This document shows positions 52,376 through 60,759 of a DNA stretch of 64,000 nucleotides, one piece after another. The DNA comes from Promethearchaeota archaeon (GTDB taxonomy: Archaea; Asgardarchaeota; Lokiarchaeia; Sigyniarchaeales; SOKP01). The stretch is taken from positions 1 to 64,000 of the forward strand of contig JAUVXW010000002.1 of assembly GCA_030603385.1 (NCBI GenBank), in the 5' to 3' direction. The number at the start of each line of letters is the position of its first letter. The stretch's first letter is position 1. The position numbers and the translations under genes are program-made. The notes beneath the pieces were generated by a model. It was not told where the DNA came from. It made no database searches and saw only the letters and a program-made list of their open reading frames with translations.

Positions 52376-53371
52376 TCATGTTTTATTTTTCCATTTGTTA
52401 AAAGAGCCAAATCCCTCGACTTTTGAAATAACTTGTTTTGTATTTTTATTAAAATTAATTGAGAGAAAATAGGAAGATTTGTTTCGTTTTAGGGATTTAT
52501 GTTGTATACCGTGTGAATAACTTTCAGCCAAAATTAGAACAACATTAATTAAATCTTCACTTTCATGAATAAAAGGAATTATTAGACTCCACTTATGAAA
52601 GAACCTATATTCAGAACTAATTCTTTTAGCTAATTCATAAAAAATCATTTGATTTGAGTCTTTTAAAATAGTCTGATTTACGATGTCTTGCTTTTTCAAG
52701 GAAAAAATAAATCTCTTTTTTAATTTAAATGTGAGGTTGTTATTAGTATTATCATTCTCATAAATTAAATAGAAGAATGGCAAAAAACCAGGGATGTATT
52801 GCTGATTCTTAGGTAAGCTTACTTGAATTATGATTCTTAGTAAAGTTCGAATTCCAAAATAAATAAGGTAAATATATAAGTAGAAAAAAGCAAGATCCAT
52901 AAATACATTATAATAGGGTTTTGTATAGTAATATATAATTAGAACTAAAAGATTTAAACCAGAAAAAGCAGCTAATAATGGGTTGACTGCTCTATCAGCA
53001 AAAAAGCGATACTCTTTTTTGGAAATGGGGTAAATAATCGGTATTTTTGAAGCAGCAAAGAAATCTAAGGAGATATGAATACTATAACCTATAAATCCTG
53101 CGAGCCAGACCTCAGAAAATGAAATATTTCTTAATAGAGATACAACAAAACCAACTATTCCCGTAAAAAATATTCCGACGATATATGAATGGGAACCTGC
53201 TTTATGGGAAAAAAAGTACATTTTCCGTATTTTTTGAAGTGGTTCTAAGAATACATCAAAATCCGGCAGAAATGTCATTATCCATAATAGGATAATCGCT
53301 TCTGGACTAAAAGTAGTTAATGTGAATAATCCCGCTAATACTCCCATAAATATATGTGTGAAAATATCCAT
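52376..53371 (-). CDS. Membrane metal-dependent hydrolase (YdjM-like)
   Basis: MDIFTH, LPDFD, HKAGSHS, HISLD. Confidence 0.8.
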   Translation of the reverse strand: MDIFTHIFMGVLAGLFTLTTFSPEAIILLWIMTFLPDFDVFLEPLQKIRKMYFFSHKAGSHSYIVGIFFTGIVGFVVSLLRNISFSEVWLAGFIGYSIHISLDFFAASKIPIIYPISKKEYRFFADRAVNPLLAAFSGLNLLVLIIYYYTKPYYNVFMDLAFFYLYIYLIYFGIRTLLRIIIQVSLPKNQQYIPGFLPFFYLIYENDNTNNNLTFKLKKRFIFSLKKQDIVNQTILKDSNQMIFYELAKRISSEYRFFHKWSLIIPFIHESEDLINVVLILAESYSHGIQHKSLKRNKSSYFLSINFNKNTKQVISKVEGFGSFNKWKNKT

Positions 53372-53426
53372 ATAAGGTTTAAAAATAAGACGATATATTT
53401 ATACAATTCTATTAAATTTATAATTT

Positions 53427-53443
53427 ATAGGAGGCTTTCCTAT
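53427..53443 (-). terminator. Short hairpin immediately 3' of the SECIS (possible terminator or stabiliser)
   Basis: Minus strand AUAGGA-AAGCC-UCCUAU. Confidence 0.35.
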
Positions 53444-53444
53444 T

Positions 53445-53480
53445 GTCAATCTTTCACTAGCGTTTATTGAAAGACTTCAT
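53445..53480 (-). promoter_or_regulatory. Eukaryote/Loki-type SECIS element in the 3' UTR
   Basis: Minus strand AUGAA-GUCUUUCA-AUAAACGCUAG-UGAAAGAU-UGAC: AUGA…GA kink-turn core, paired helix II, apical AAA; begins 9 nt after the TAA stop. Confidence 0.8.
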
Positions 53481-53488
53481 TCAAATTA

Positions 53489-53965
53489 TTATATGTTTCT
53501 TTTGAGTTCAAAATAATGAGTAAAAGTTTCATTGTTTTTTCCATAGTTTTGCTTAATGATTTTTTTAAATGTACCATAATCTAATCGTTCTTTCATAACA
53601 TCAGCTCATCAATCTGCATGGACTACAATAGTAATATTACTATTGGGATATAATTTAGTTTTAATATCTTCTTGTAAGTTCATAAATTCTCTATTTGGAC
53701 CATATGCGTTTACAGCACAGTCCTCATAAATTCTATCCTCCGCTCCATCCCAAATCAACTGCAAATAGCTATGAATCAAACCCTTATATACGGGGAATAG
53801 AGAACCTTCAGGATTCATATAGATTTGTTTATCTATAGCGCTTAGCGCGTTAACAATAGTTCCATTGTCATCTATATTTATCTCATATTCTCGTCCCTTT
53901 GACAACTTTTTTTCAGGGTCGGGAGCAAAAATTGTTATGTTCACTTTCTTAATTTTAATAATCAC
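53489..53965 (-). CDS. Putative selenoprotein: MoaD/SAMP-like beta-grasp protein with tandem Sec-Sec (158 aa with readthrough; 118 aa if UGA is a stop)
   Basis: …LYPNSNITIVVHAD-TGA(53609-11)-TGA(53606-08)-ADVMKERLDYGTFKKIIKQNYGKNNETFTHYFELKRNI-TAA TAA, followed by the SECIS; exact start codon uncertain. Confidence 0.72.
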
Positions 53966-53988
53966 CTCTAAATAATAATAAAAATAAA

Positions 53989-54396
53989 TTAAATAAGCCC
54001 TTTAGCTTTCAAGAGCCTTGGTAATTCTCTCTTTAGAGTAAATGAAGAAGAAAACTTTTTCTCTCCATCAACTACAATACATTTATTATGTAAATTAAGA
54101 TTTCTTGCTTCTACTGAATTAAGATTCTTAGTATCATAATCGATGTGTTTAATATAGGGTGTAAGTTCGACAAATACTCGATTCATAAACTTGTCCCACT
54201 CACAAGTGCATGCATCTAATGGAACGTAAATGTCAACTTTCAATTTTCCATTATTTTCTTCATTATCTGAGCTACATTTATTTTGAGAACATTGCGTATC
54301 TGAGTGAGCACTACAAGAGTGTCCTGAATAATCTGGCGATGCACGAATTTCTTTCATAACTTCCTCTATTGTTTTATCTATTTCATCATCAGACAT
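53989..54396 (-). CDS. Cys-rich thioredoxin-fold/ArsD-like protein in the acr3 operon
   Basis: His/Cys-rich linker (HSCSAHSDTQCSQNKC), then KVDIYVPLDACTCEW…CIVVDGEK. Confidence 0.6.
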   Translation of the reverse strand: MSDDEIDKTIEEVMKEIRASPDYSGHSCSAHSDTQCSQNKCSSDNEENNGKLKVDIYVPLDACTCEWDKFMNRVFVELTPYIKHIDYDTKNLNSVEARNLNLHNKCIVVDGEKKFSSSFTLKRELPRLLKAKGLI

Positions 54397-54468
54397 ATCT
54401 TAGTGTTTCCTCTTTTTTATTTATTAATAACTCTTCTAAAAAATATATTTTTTAGGTATTTTTATTTA

Positions 54469-55503
54469 TTATGATTCCCAAAAACCTCGTTTTCTGAGAT
54501 ATCGTCCTAAATAGACAATTGAAAGCATCACAGGTATCTCCCAAAAAAGCCCCATTGTAGTCCCTAAAGCTGCCCATGATCCAATTCCATAAATGGCAAT
54601 AGCAGTAGCAATCGCAATTTCAAAATGACTAGAAGAACCGATTATGACCGTGATAATTGCCTCTCTATACTTCAATTTAATGAGTTTTGTAATTAAAATA
54701 TTGTACCCAACAACAATAACAAACCCTACTAAGAGAGGAATTGATATTATTAACAATAAATCAGGATTACGTATCAGAACATCACCATTTAATGAAAATA
54801 AGACAACTAAAGTTGTTAGTAAGGCAATAATTGATATATTTCCTACAATTGGACGATAAGCGTTATTAAACCAATCTTCACCTTTAGAAGATACAATCAA
54901 TCTTTTACTGATTAATCCCCCTAATAACGGAAGTCCTATAAAAATGAATGTCGAAATTAATAAAAGAAACCAATTAATTGGTATATTTTGAATACCTGTT
55001 AGCAGCATTACCATAGGAGCATAACCAAATATAATTGTTATGGTATTTAGGCTTGTATTAATCACATTTTGCTCTTGGTTACCTTTTGCCATCCAACCCC
55101 ACACTAAAACCATTGCAGTGCAAGGAGAACTGGAGAGTAAAATAATTGCAACAGTTAACTGTCTCATAGTTTCAGAACTACCAGGTAAAAAGATATTCAC
55201 CATCGCCAAGCCAACAAACGGAGCAATAATCCAATTAGAAATAATTGTTAAAATTATTGGTTTAGGATTTCTACCTAATTTTTTCAACTCAGAAGCTTGA
55301 AGATTCAGCATTGCTGGATACATCATTAAAAATAAACAAATCCCAACAGGTACAGAAATTCCACCAATCTGTAAAGAATCAATAGCTTCACTGATACCGG
55401 GGATAATTTGAGAAAAGATAATTCCGATAAGTATACATAGAGCAACCCAAAGGGGCAAGAATTTCTCAAAAAAACTGATTGTGCGACCTTCTTCTTCGCT
55501 CAT
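54469..55503 (-). CDS. acr3: Arsenite efflux transporter Acr3
   Basis: FFEKFLPLWV, LMMYP, NWIIAP, PCTAMVLVW, SSHFEIAIA, EIPVML. Confidence 0.93.
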   Translation of the reverse strand: MSEEEGRTISFFEKFLPLWVALCILIGIIFSQIIPGISEAIDSLQIGGISVPVGICLFLMMYPAMLNLQASELKKLGRNPKPIILTIISNWIIAPFVGLAMVNIFLPGSSETMRQLTVAIILLSSSPCTAMVLVWGWMAKGNQEQNVINTSLNTITIIFGYAPMVMLLTGIQNIPINWFLLLISTFIFIGLPLLGGLISKRLIVSSKGEDWFNNAYRPIVGNISIIALLTTLVVLFSLNGDVLIRNPDLLLIISIPLLVGFVIVVGYNILITKLIKLKYREAIITVIIGSSSHFEIAIATAIAIYGIGSWAALGTTMGLFWEIPVMLSIVYLGRYLRKRGFWES

Positions 55504-55559
55504 GTTATCACGTTTTATTGATGTAATTTAATAGTAAATTTATATATTTAAAAAAATAA

Positions 55560-55583
55560 ATAGACAAATTTAAATTTATCTAT
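55560..55583. promoter_or_regulatory. Candidate ArsR operator palindrome between divergent acr3 and arsR
   Basis: ATAGACAAATTTAAATTTATCTAT; 22 of 24 positions palindromic. Confidence 0.5.
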
Positions 55584-55624
55584 ATGATATTATATAGCAT
55601 ATATAGACAGATTTTACAATAATT

Positions 55625-55975
55625 ATGGTTGAACAGAATAAAGACGATATTAAAACACTAATCGAATGTATTGGATTAGATGTAGATGTTCATGAATATA
55701 TAAAAAGTCTAGAAAAAAGCCGTAATGAGATTTTATCAAGAAAAGATTTTAAAGAAAAAGTGATTTCTCATAAAGCACTTGGTCATGGGTCAAGATATTT
55801 AATCTATAATCTAATTAAGAAAAAAGAAATGTGTATATGTGAACTTTCTATGATTATAGATTTAACTCAACCAACTATCTCTCATCATGTAAAAATATTG
55901 GAACAGGCTGGGTTGATAAATGGAGTAAAAAGTGGAAAGTTTATTCATTATCAAGTAAAAAAAAATATCGATTAA
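55625..55975 (+). CDS. arsR: ArsR/SmtB transcriptional regulator
   Basis: KALGHGSR, EMCICEL (alpha3 As-binding motif), TQPTISHHVKIL. Confidence 0.88.
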   Translation: MVEQNKDDIKTLIECIGLDVDVHEYIKSLEKSRNEILSRKDFKEKVISHKALGHGSRYLIYNLIKKKEMCICELSMIIDLTQPTISHHVKILEQAGLINGVKSGKFIHYQVKKNID

Positions 55976-56123
55976 TGATAATCTAAAAGTTGAATTTTTA
56001 TTTCCTTACTGTAGGAACTAATAGTTTATAATTATTAAATTTAAAAGCTAACTTGCTTATTTTGATCGTAATCTAAAATTTAGGTTTACTTGACATGGAA
56101 TTTTATATAAATCAACAAAAAAT

Positions 56124-56387
56124 GTGAAAATAATGGCGAAACTGGTTCCAGATACCGAAGAAAGCATGAATGAATGCAGAAAATTCTGCGGACCTTGTCC
56201 CTCGTTTAAACCAAACAAACTCAATGAGTTTGAGCCACACGCCCTGTTTTGTTCCAGAGGACAAACTGAAAAACCTATGGATCAAGTAGAAGATAAAGGT
56301 TGTAGTTGTTTTGGATGTGGATTATTCTCTCAATATGAGTTAAAGGGTGGATATTTCTGCATGCACGGAATTGAGGGAAGAAAATAA
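56124..56387 (+). CDS. DUF2769-like Cys-rich small protein
   Basis: CRKFCGPCPSF, LFCSRG, GCSCFGC, YFCMHG; followed by a T14 tract at 56407-56420. Confidence 0.75.
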   Translation: MKIMAKLVPDTEESMNECRKFCGPCPSFKPNKLNEFEPHALFCSRGQTEKPMDQVEDKGCSCFGCGLFSQYELKGGYFCMHGIEGRK

Positions 56388-56454
56388 AGATTAAAAAATT
56401 CTTTCATTTTTTTTTTTTTTATTTGATGAATAAGAATTTTTATTAAATATCACC

Positions 56455-56562
56455 ATGAATATTTTAAATGAACAAGTATTTCAAAAATTAATGAGAATTA
56501 ATAATCAGAACCAGGTAGGATTTCTTACCTTTAATTGCTGTATTTTTGGTTGTTGTTGTTAA
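56455..56562 (+). CDS. Cys-rich leader peptide (uORF) upstream of cysteine synthase
   Basis: MNILNEQVFQKLMRINNQNQVGFLTFNCCIFGCCC*; 5 Cys in the last 8 codons; alternative ATG at 56491. Confidence 0.65.
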   Translation: MNILNEQVFQKLMRINNQNQVGFLTFNCCIFGCCC

Positions 56563-56648
56563 ACAACAGTTTCATTAATTCTCACTTAACCATCAAAATT
56601 TATTCTCTCAAATAACACTTGTTTGGTTAAAATTGTAGAATTTTAATT

Positions 56649-57665
56649 ATGAATACTAAAATTAGGGATGTCAAAATGAAGTCAGCATCATATAATAATA
56701 GAAAAGGGAAAATAGGGATAAATAACAAATTACGAGTATATGAAAGAATTGAAGATTTAATTTCAAATAGAGAAAATCCTTCACCGTTAGTTAAATTGAA
56801 TGAAAGAATTAATCCGAATAAAAGATTTCCAATTTACATCAAATTGGAACGTTATAATCCTTTTGGATCAATTAAAGATAGGGTTGCTTATGCTATGCTT
56901 AAAGATGTTATATTTAAGGAGGGACAACGTATCATAGAGCCTTCATCTGGAAACACAGGAATAGCATTAGCTTCTTTAGCGAACGCAAGAGGGATTCCTA
57001 TTGAAATTGCTGTACCAAGTAGAATTCCAGAAGAAAAAAAAATACTTTTAAAATTACTTGGTGTGAAAGAATTATGGGAAGCTGATGATAACCTATGCCC
57101 TAAATTCCCTAACGAAGGCGCAAGAGGTGTAGTAAATGGAATTTTAATTAGTAAGGGAGGAGAACGATATTTTAATCCAGATCAATATGGAAATGACTTA
57201 AATGTAGAGGCTCATTATAGAACCACAGGTCCGGAAATCTGGGAGCAAACCAATGGAGAAATTGATTATTTTTTCGCAGCTACAGGTACAGGTGGCACTA
57301 TTACGGGAGTTGGGAAATATTTAAAAGAAAAAAAGCCGTCTATTAAAATTTTAGGGGTAGAACCATCAAATACAATACATAATATACCTGGTTTGAAGAG
57401 AATAACTGACCTTGATGATGAATTAATTCCGAAAATTTTAGATAAATCGGTAATTGATGAAATCTTAGAGGTAAGTGATGATAGAGCATATCAAACTGGT
57501 ATTGAATTGGCAAGGAAAAATGGTATCCTGGTAGGCCCTTCTACAGGTGCGATTTTAGCTGCCGCTCTGAAATTTGCTAAATCTCATGTCGGGTTAGCTG
57601 TTATTATTGCACCTGATGATGCTGCCAAATATATTAGTTCTTATGCGCCGTACATTAAAAAATAA
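56649..57665 (+). CDS. cysK: Cysteine synthase family (CysK/CysM, PLP)
   Basis: KLERYNPFGSIKDR, EPSSGNTG, TTGPEIWEQT, GTGGT, GPSTG. Confidence 0.88.
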   Translation: MNTKIRDVKMKSASYNNRKGKIGINNKLRVYERIEDLISNRENPSPLVKLNERINPNKRFPIYIKLERYNPFGSIKDRVAYAMLKDVIFKEGQRIIEPSSGNTGIALASLANARGIPIEIAVPSRIPEEKKILLKLLGVKELWEADDNLCPKFPNEGARGVVNGILISKGGERYFNPDQYGNDLNVEAHYRTTGPEIWEQTNGEIDYFFAATGTGGTITGVGKYLKEKKPSIKILGVEPSNTIHNIPGLKRITDLDDELIPKILDKSVIDEILEVSDDRAYQTGIELARKNGILVGPSTGAILAAALKFAKSHVGLAVIIAPDDAAKYISSYAPYIKK

Positions 57666-57723
57666 GCGAAAAAGTACTTTTAAATCAAAATATTGATATG
57701 GGTTTTATCTATCTTGTTATCAA

Positions 57724-59127
57724 TTAGGAAGTTTTCTTCTTTAATTTTAGTTTTCTAAGGAAGTATAAACTAATTAAATAGAATATACCCATAGATGATA
57801 AAGTTAAAGTTATTATCGTTGAGTTCTCTGCATTAGCTCCCGTGAGGATAAAGCCAATCATAAGGGACGTAAATGATTGACCTATAGATAAAATAAAAGA
57901 GCTTATACCAAAATAGGCACCGGATATATTAGACACTGCGATATCTAAAGTATGCACATTGCTATTTTCAGCAGCTTCATATACTAATGTGCTAGCTAGT
58001 GGAGGGTTAAAAAGACCGAAACCATACATAGAGCCTAAAATTGTACCAATAGTTACTACAAATAAAAATATTTTAAGAATAGTTGGTAAGCCATCAATTA
58101 AAAAGATTAAATCTAACAATGCAGAAACAGCTGAAGCTAAAATGCAAATTGTATAGGTCTTAATTACAGCATGTTTTTTGAGGATTCTTCGCCAAATAAT
58201 AAATCCTATAAACTTGCTAGTTGCTGAAATTATTATATAAATGTAAAATGCTCCTCCCGTGAAAAGAAGAGTAAATGTGAGAAACGGTATAACCATCATT
58301 CCTAATATTCTGCCTGACATTGCATTAAAAAGTCTTACTGAGAGAAATTTTCGATATTTCTTATCTTTTAAAGGTTCGATCATTTGTGGAAAAAATGATT
58401 TGAAACTTACTTTTTTGGTTATAGATGAAGATTTGTCATGAAAATTCTCATCAATTGAGAAAAAAGTAATGATTACCGCAATTAATCCAAAAAGTGTGAA
58501 ACTTATTCCTACCCATGGTATATACCTAAGAATTATTCTTCCTGAAGGTTCCCACCATTTAACATTTCCAGGATCTGGTAAAATACTCTGCACCATCAAG
58601 GGTAATAGGAGGGAAAAAATAGAAGAGATAATACGAAAAAAAGTAGTTACAGCGGCTATTTTTTCTCTGTTTTTATGTGTTTGTGATTGTTCTGTTAACA
58701 TAGAAAGATGTACAGTTAATATCGAAGAACCTGATATTGTTTTTAAAATTAAAATTCCCCATAAAAAAACGGCTGTAGGTAAATACAATTGATTGTTCTG
58801 AGGACATTTGGGTGGAAACCAGATTATAATACTTGTGAAAATCCAAAGGGGTAACCCATAAAGCATAAAAGGTCTGCGTTTACCAAATCTTCCTGGTTTC
58901 TTATTATCTGCAACTACCCCAAAAAATATGGAGGAGAATGCCGAAACAATAAGCTGTATGGAAATCCCTACTGAAGTGAGTATTGAATCTAAATTGATAG
59001 TGTAAACATAAAATTGGAAAACAAACACTCCAGCAAACATATTTGTCAGAATTATACCAAATTGACCCCAAGCATAACCTAATAGTCGTTTTCCATGTAG
59101 TTCACGTGGTGAAATATCATTACCCAT
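57724..59127 (-). CDS. MFS transporter, GPH (glycoside-pentoside-hexuronide) family
   Basis: GVVADNKKPGRFGKRRPF; about 12 TM segments. Confidence 0.85.
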   Translation of the reverse strand: MGNDISPRELHGKRLLGYAWGQFGIILTNMFAGVFVFQFYVYTINLDSILTSVGISIQLIVSAFSSIFFGVVADNKKPGRFGKRRPFMLYGLPLWIFTSIIIWFPPKCPQNNQLYLPTAVFLWGILILKTISGSSILTVHLSMLTEQSQTHKNREKIAAVTTFFRIISSIFSLLLPLMVQSILPDPGNVKWWEPSGRIILRYIPWVGISFTLFGLIAVIITFFSIDENFHDKSSSITKKVSFKSFFPQMIEPLKDKKYRKFLSVRLFNAMSGRILGMMVIPFLTFTLLFTGGAFYIYIIISATSKFIGFIIWRRILKKHAVIKTYTICILASAVSALLDLIFLIDGLPTILKIFLFVVTIGTILGSMYGFGLFNPPLASTLVYEAAENSNVHTLDIAVSNISGAYFGISSFILSIGQSFTSLMIGFILTGANAENSTIITLTLSSMGIFYLISLYFLRKLKLKKKTS

Positions 59128-59456
59128 AATAAAATAATTAATTAATCTAAAAATAAAATTATGATTTTTATTTAGAGAAGATTTTCAAGGAATATTTTTG
59201 GTAGAACATTATACAGTAAATTAGAAAATATCTTTTCTCTAATTATTTTATTTATACCTCATGGATAATGACTTAACAAGAAGCAATATAGAAGAAATAA
59301 AAACTCATAAAATATTTTAGAGTTTATGAAATAGATTACTATTATATAAATTTAATGGTTTTTGTCGGGGATGTATTTACCACTAAATATAATTAACGCT
59401 AAATATATATGTGTAAATGGTCTTTAAAATAGTGTTCATAAAAATCAATGTAAGTA

Positions 59457-60737
59457 TTGTTGAAATTTCCTATGAAAGATTTAAGCGAGATTCCAGAATT
59501 TTCAAGGTATTTTCGAGTGATTTTACCATCTAAACTTGAAGTTAATAGAGAGGAGATCTTTTATCGGGACAAATATAATGATATAATCAATTATATTAAG
59601 ACAATGTCCACATTTAATAGTGAAAATGTCTTAAAAGAGTATATTTCACCTAAAGGTGCTGTGTTAATAAATGTTAATCCTGGAACGGATATATTAGAAT
59701 TTATAAAGTTAATCTCGATGAATTACTCGTTAGAGTTAATTGAGTTTAACGATAATGAGATAAAAAAGGCTCCAGATAAGTTTATAAAAAGCTTTACGCC
59801 AATTTTAAAAGCAATTAGAGAAAATTCTGATAAAGAAACCGATCTAAAATCTGAAAAAGAAGAAACAAATAAGAATTTGGTTGATTCTGACGATATACTT
59901 GAAAAAAAATTATTGGTAATTAATCAACAATTAAATTTCAAGACCTTATTAAAAGAAACCAATTTGCTTGAAGTTTTCACAACCTCACAAAAAGAGGTTA
60001 TTTTCAATTTTATTGAAACTAATGTAATTTTAATATGGATTAATTATGATATTCGAGATATTATAGAAATCTCATCAAAGGTTTATGATTCTTTTGATTT
60101 ATTTATAAAAGTTCAGTTATTAAATAAGATCGAAAGGGAAACTGTATTTAGAGATTTTTTGGAGAAGAATCCAAAAATAGTTTTTGATATAAATGCGTTG
60201 GTCAATTATACTGATAATTGGGAAGTAAAGGATATAAAACAATTACTAAAGGTTGGCATTTTTAAACACTTTTTAAATTCAGAACTAAATGAAACAAGTA
60301 ATGAGATTACTCATATTCTACTTGATTTGATAGATTCTGGTGAGTTTTTACCTTCTATCATACCAAAGATTTCAAATGATAAACAAGTTGCAGGAGAAGA
60401 TAAAAAAAATAAACATGTAATAAAAAATATAGCAAAAATAGAAGAGGAACAATTTAATAAAACTAATAATGTAAAAGATTATATTTATAGTATTCGAGAA
60501 TCACGCATATCAGAATTTATGTTAAGTCAGCTATATGAAAATGCTGCTTTTATGAATTACAATGAACTTTTGCTCATAATTGATAAAATTGACAAGAAAG
60601 AGTTATTGGAAGACAATGATAGGAAATTACTAGCAAGGTATCCTTTTATTTTAAATGAATCCCCCAATAAGGCACTAATTAATTTGGAAAAGGCTAAAAA
60701 GAGAGTTGATCGCATAAAACAAGCCTTTGGTAAATGA
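59457..60737 (+). CDS. Degenerate (probably inactive) AAA+ ATPase-like protein
   Basis: PKGAVLINVNPGTD (eroded Walker A), FDLFIKV..LNKIERETVF, LVNYTDNWEVKDIKQL (AAA lid pattern). Confidence 0.55.
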   Translation: MLKFPMKDLSEIPEFSRYFRVILPSKLEVNREEIFYRDKYNDIINYIKTMSTFNSENVLKEYISPKGAVLINVNPGTDILEFIKLISMNYSLELIEFNDNEIKKAPDKFIKSFTPILKAIRENSDKETDLKSEKEETNKNLVDSDDILEKKLLVINQQLNFKTLLKETNLLEVFTTSQKEVIFNFIETNVILIWINYDIRDIIEISSKVYDSFDLFIKVQLLNKIERETVFRDFLEKNPKIVFDINALVNYTDNWEVKDIKQLLKVGIFKHFLNSELNETSNEITHILLDLIDSGEFLPSIIPKISNDKQVAGEDKKNKHVIKNIAKIEEEQFNKTNNVKDYIYSIRESRISEFMLSQLYENAAFMNYNELLLIIDKIDKKELLEDNDRKLLARYPFILNESPNKALINLEKAKKRVDRIKQAFGK

Positions 60738-60759
60738 AATGTAATAGGATGAGGTAAAG

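Noticed and set aside
310-58792. Numerous short ORFs antisense to or nested in recognised genes (e.g. 1263-1559, 25622-26071, 46206-46622, 58469-58792)
   Set aside because: They overlap well-supported genes and have no motifs of their own.
23451-60737. Other TGA-terminated genes (23451, 26741, 29717, 32156, 39581, 44345, 52376, 60737) as readthrough candidates
   Set aside because: The proteins look complete at the TGA; where I read on, another stop followed within a few codons, and I saw no AUGA…AA…GA hairpin downstream.
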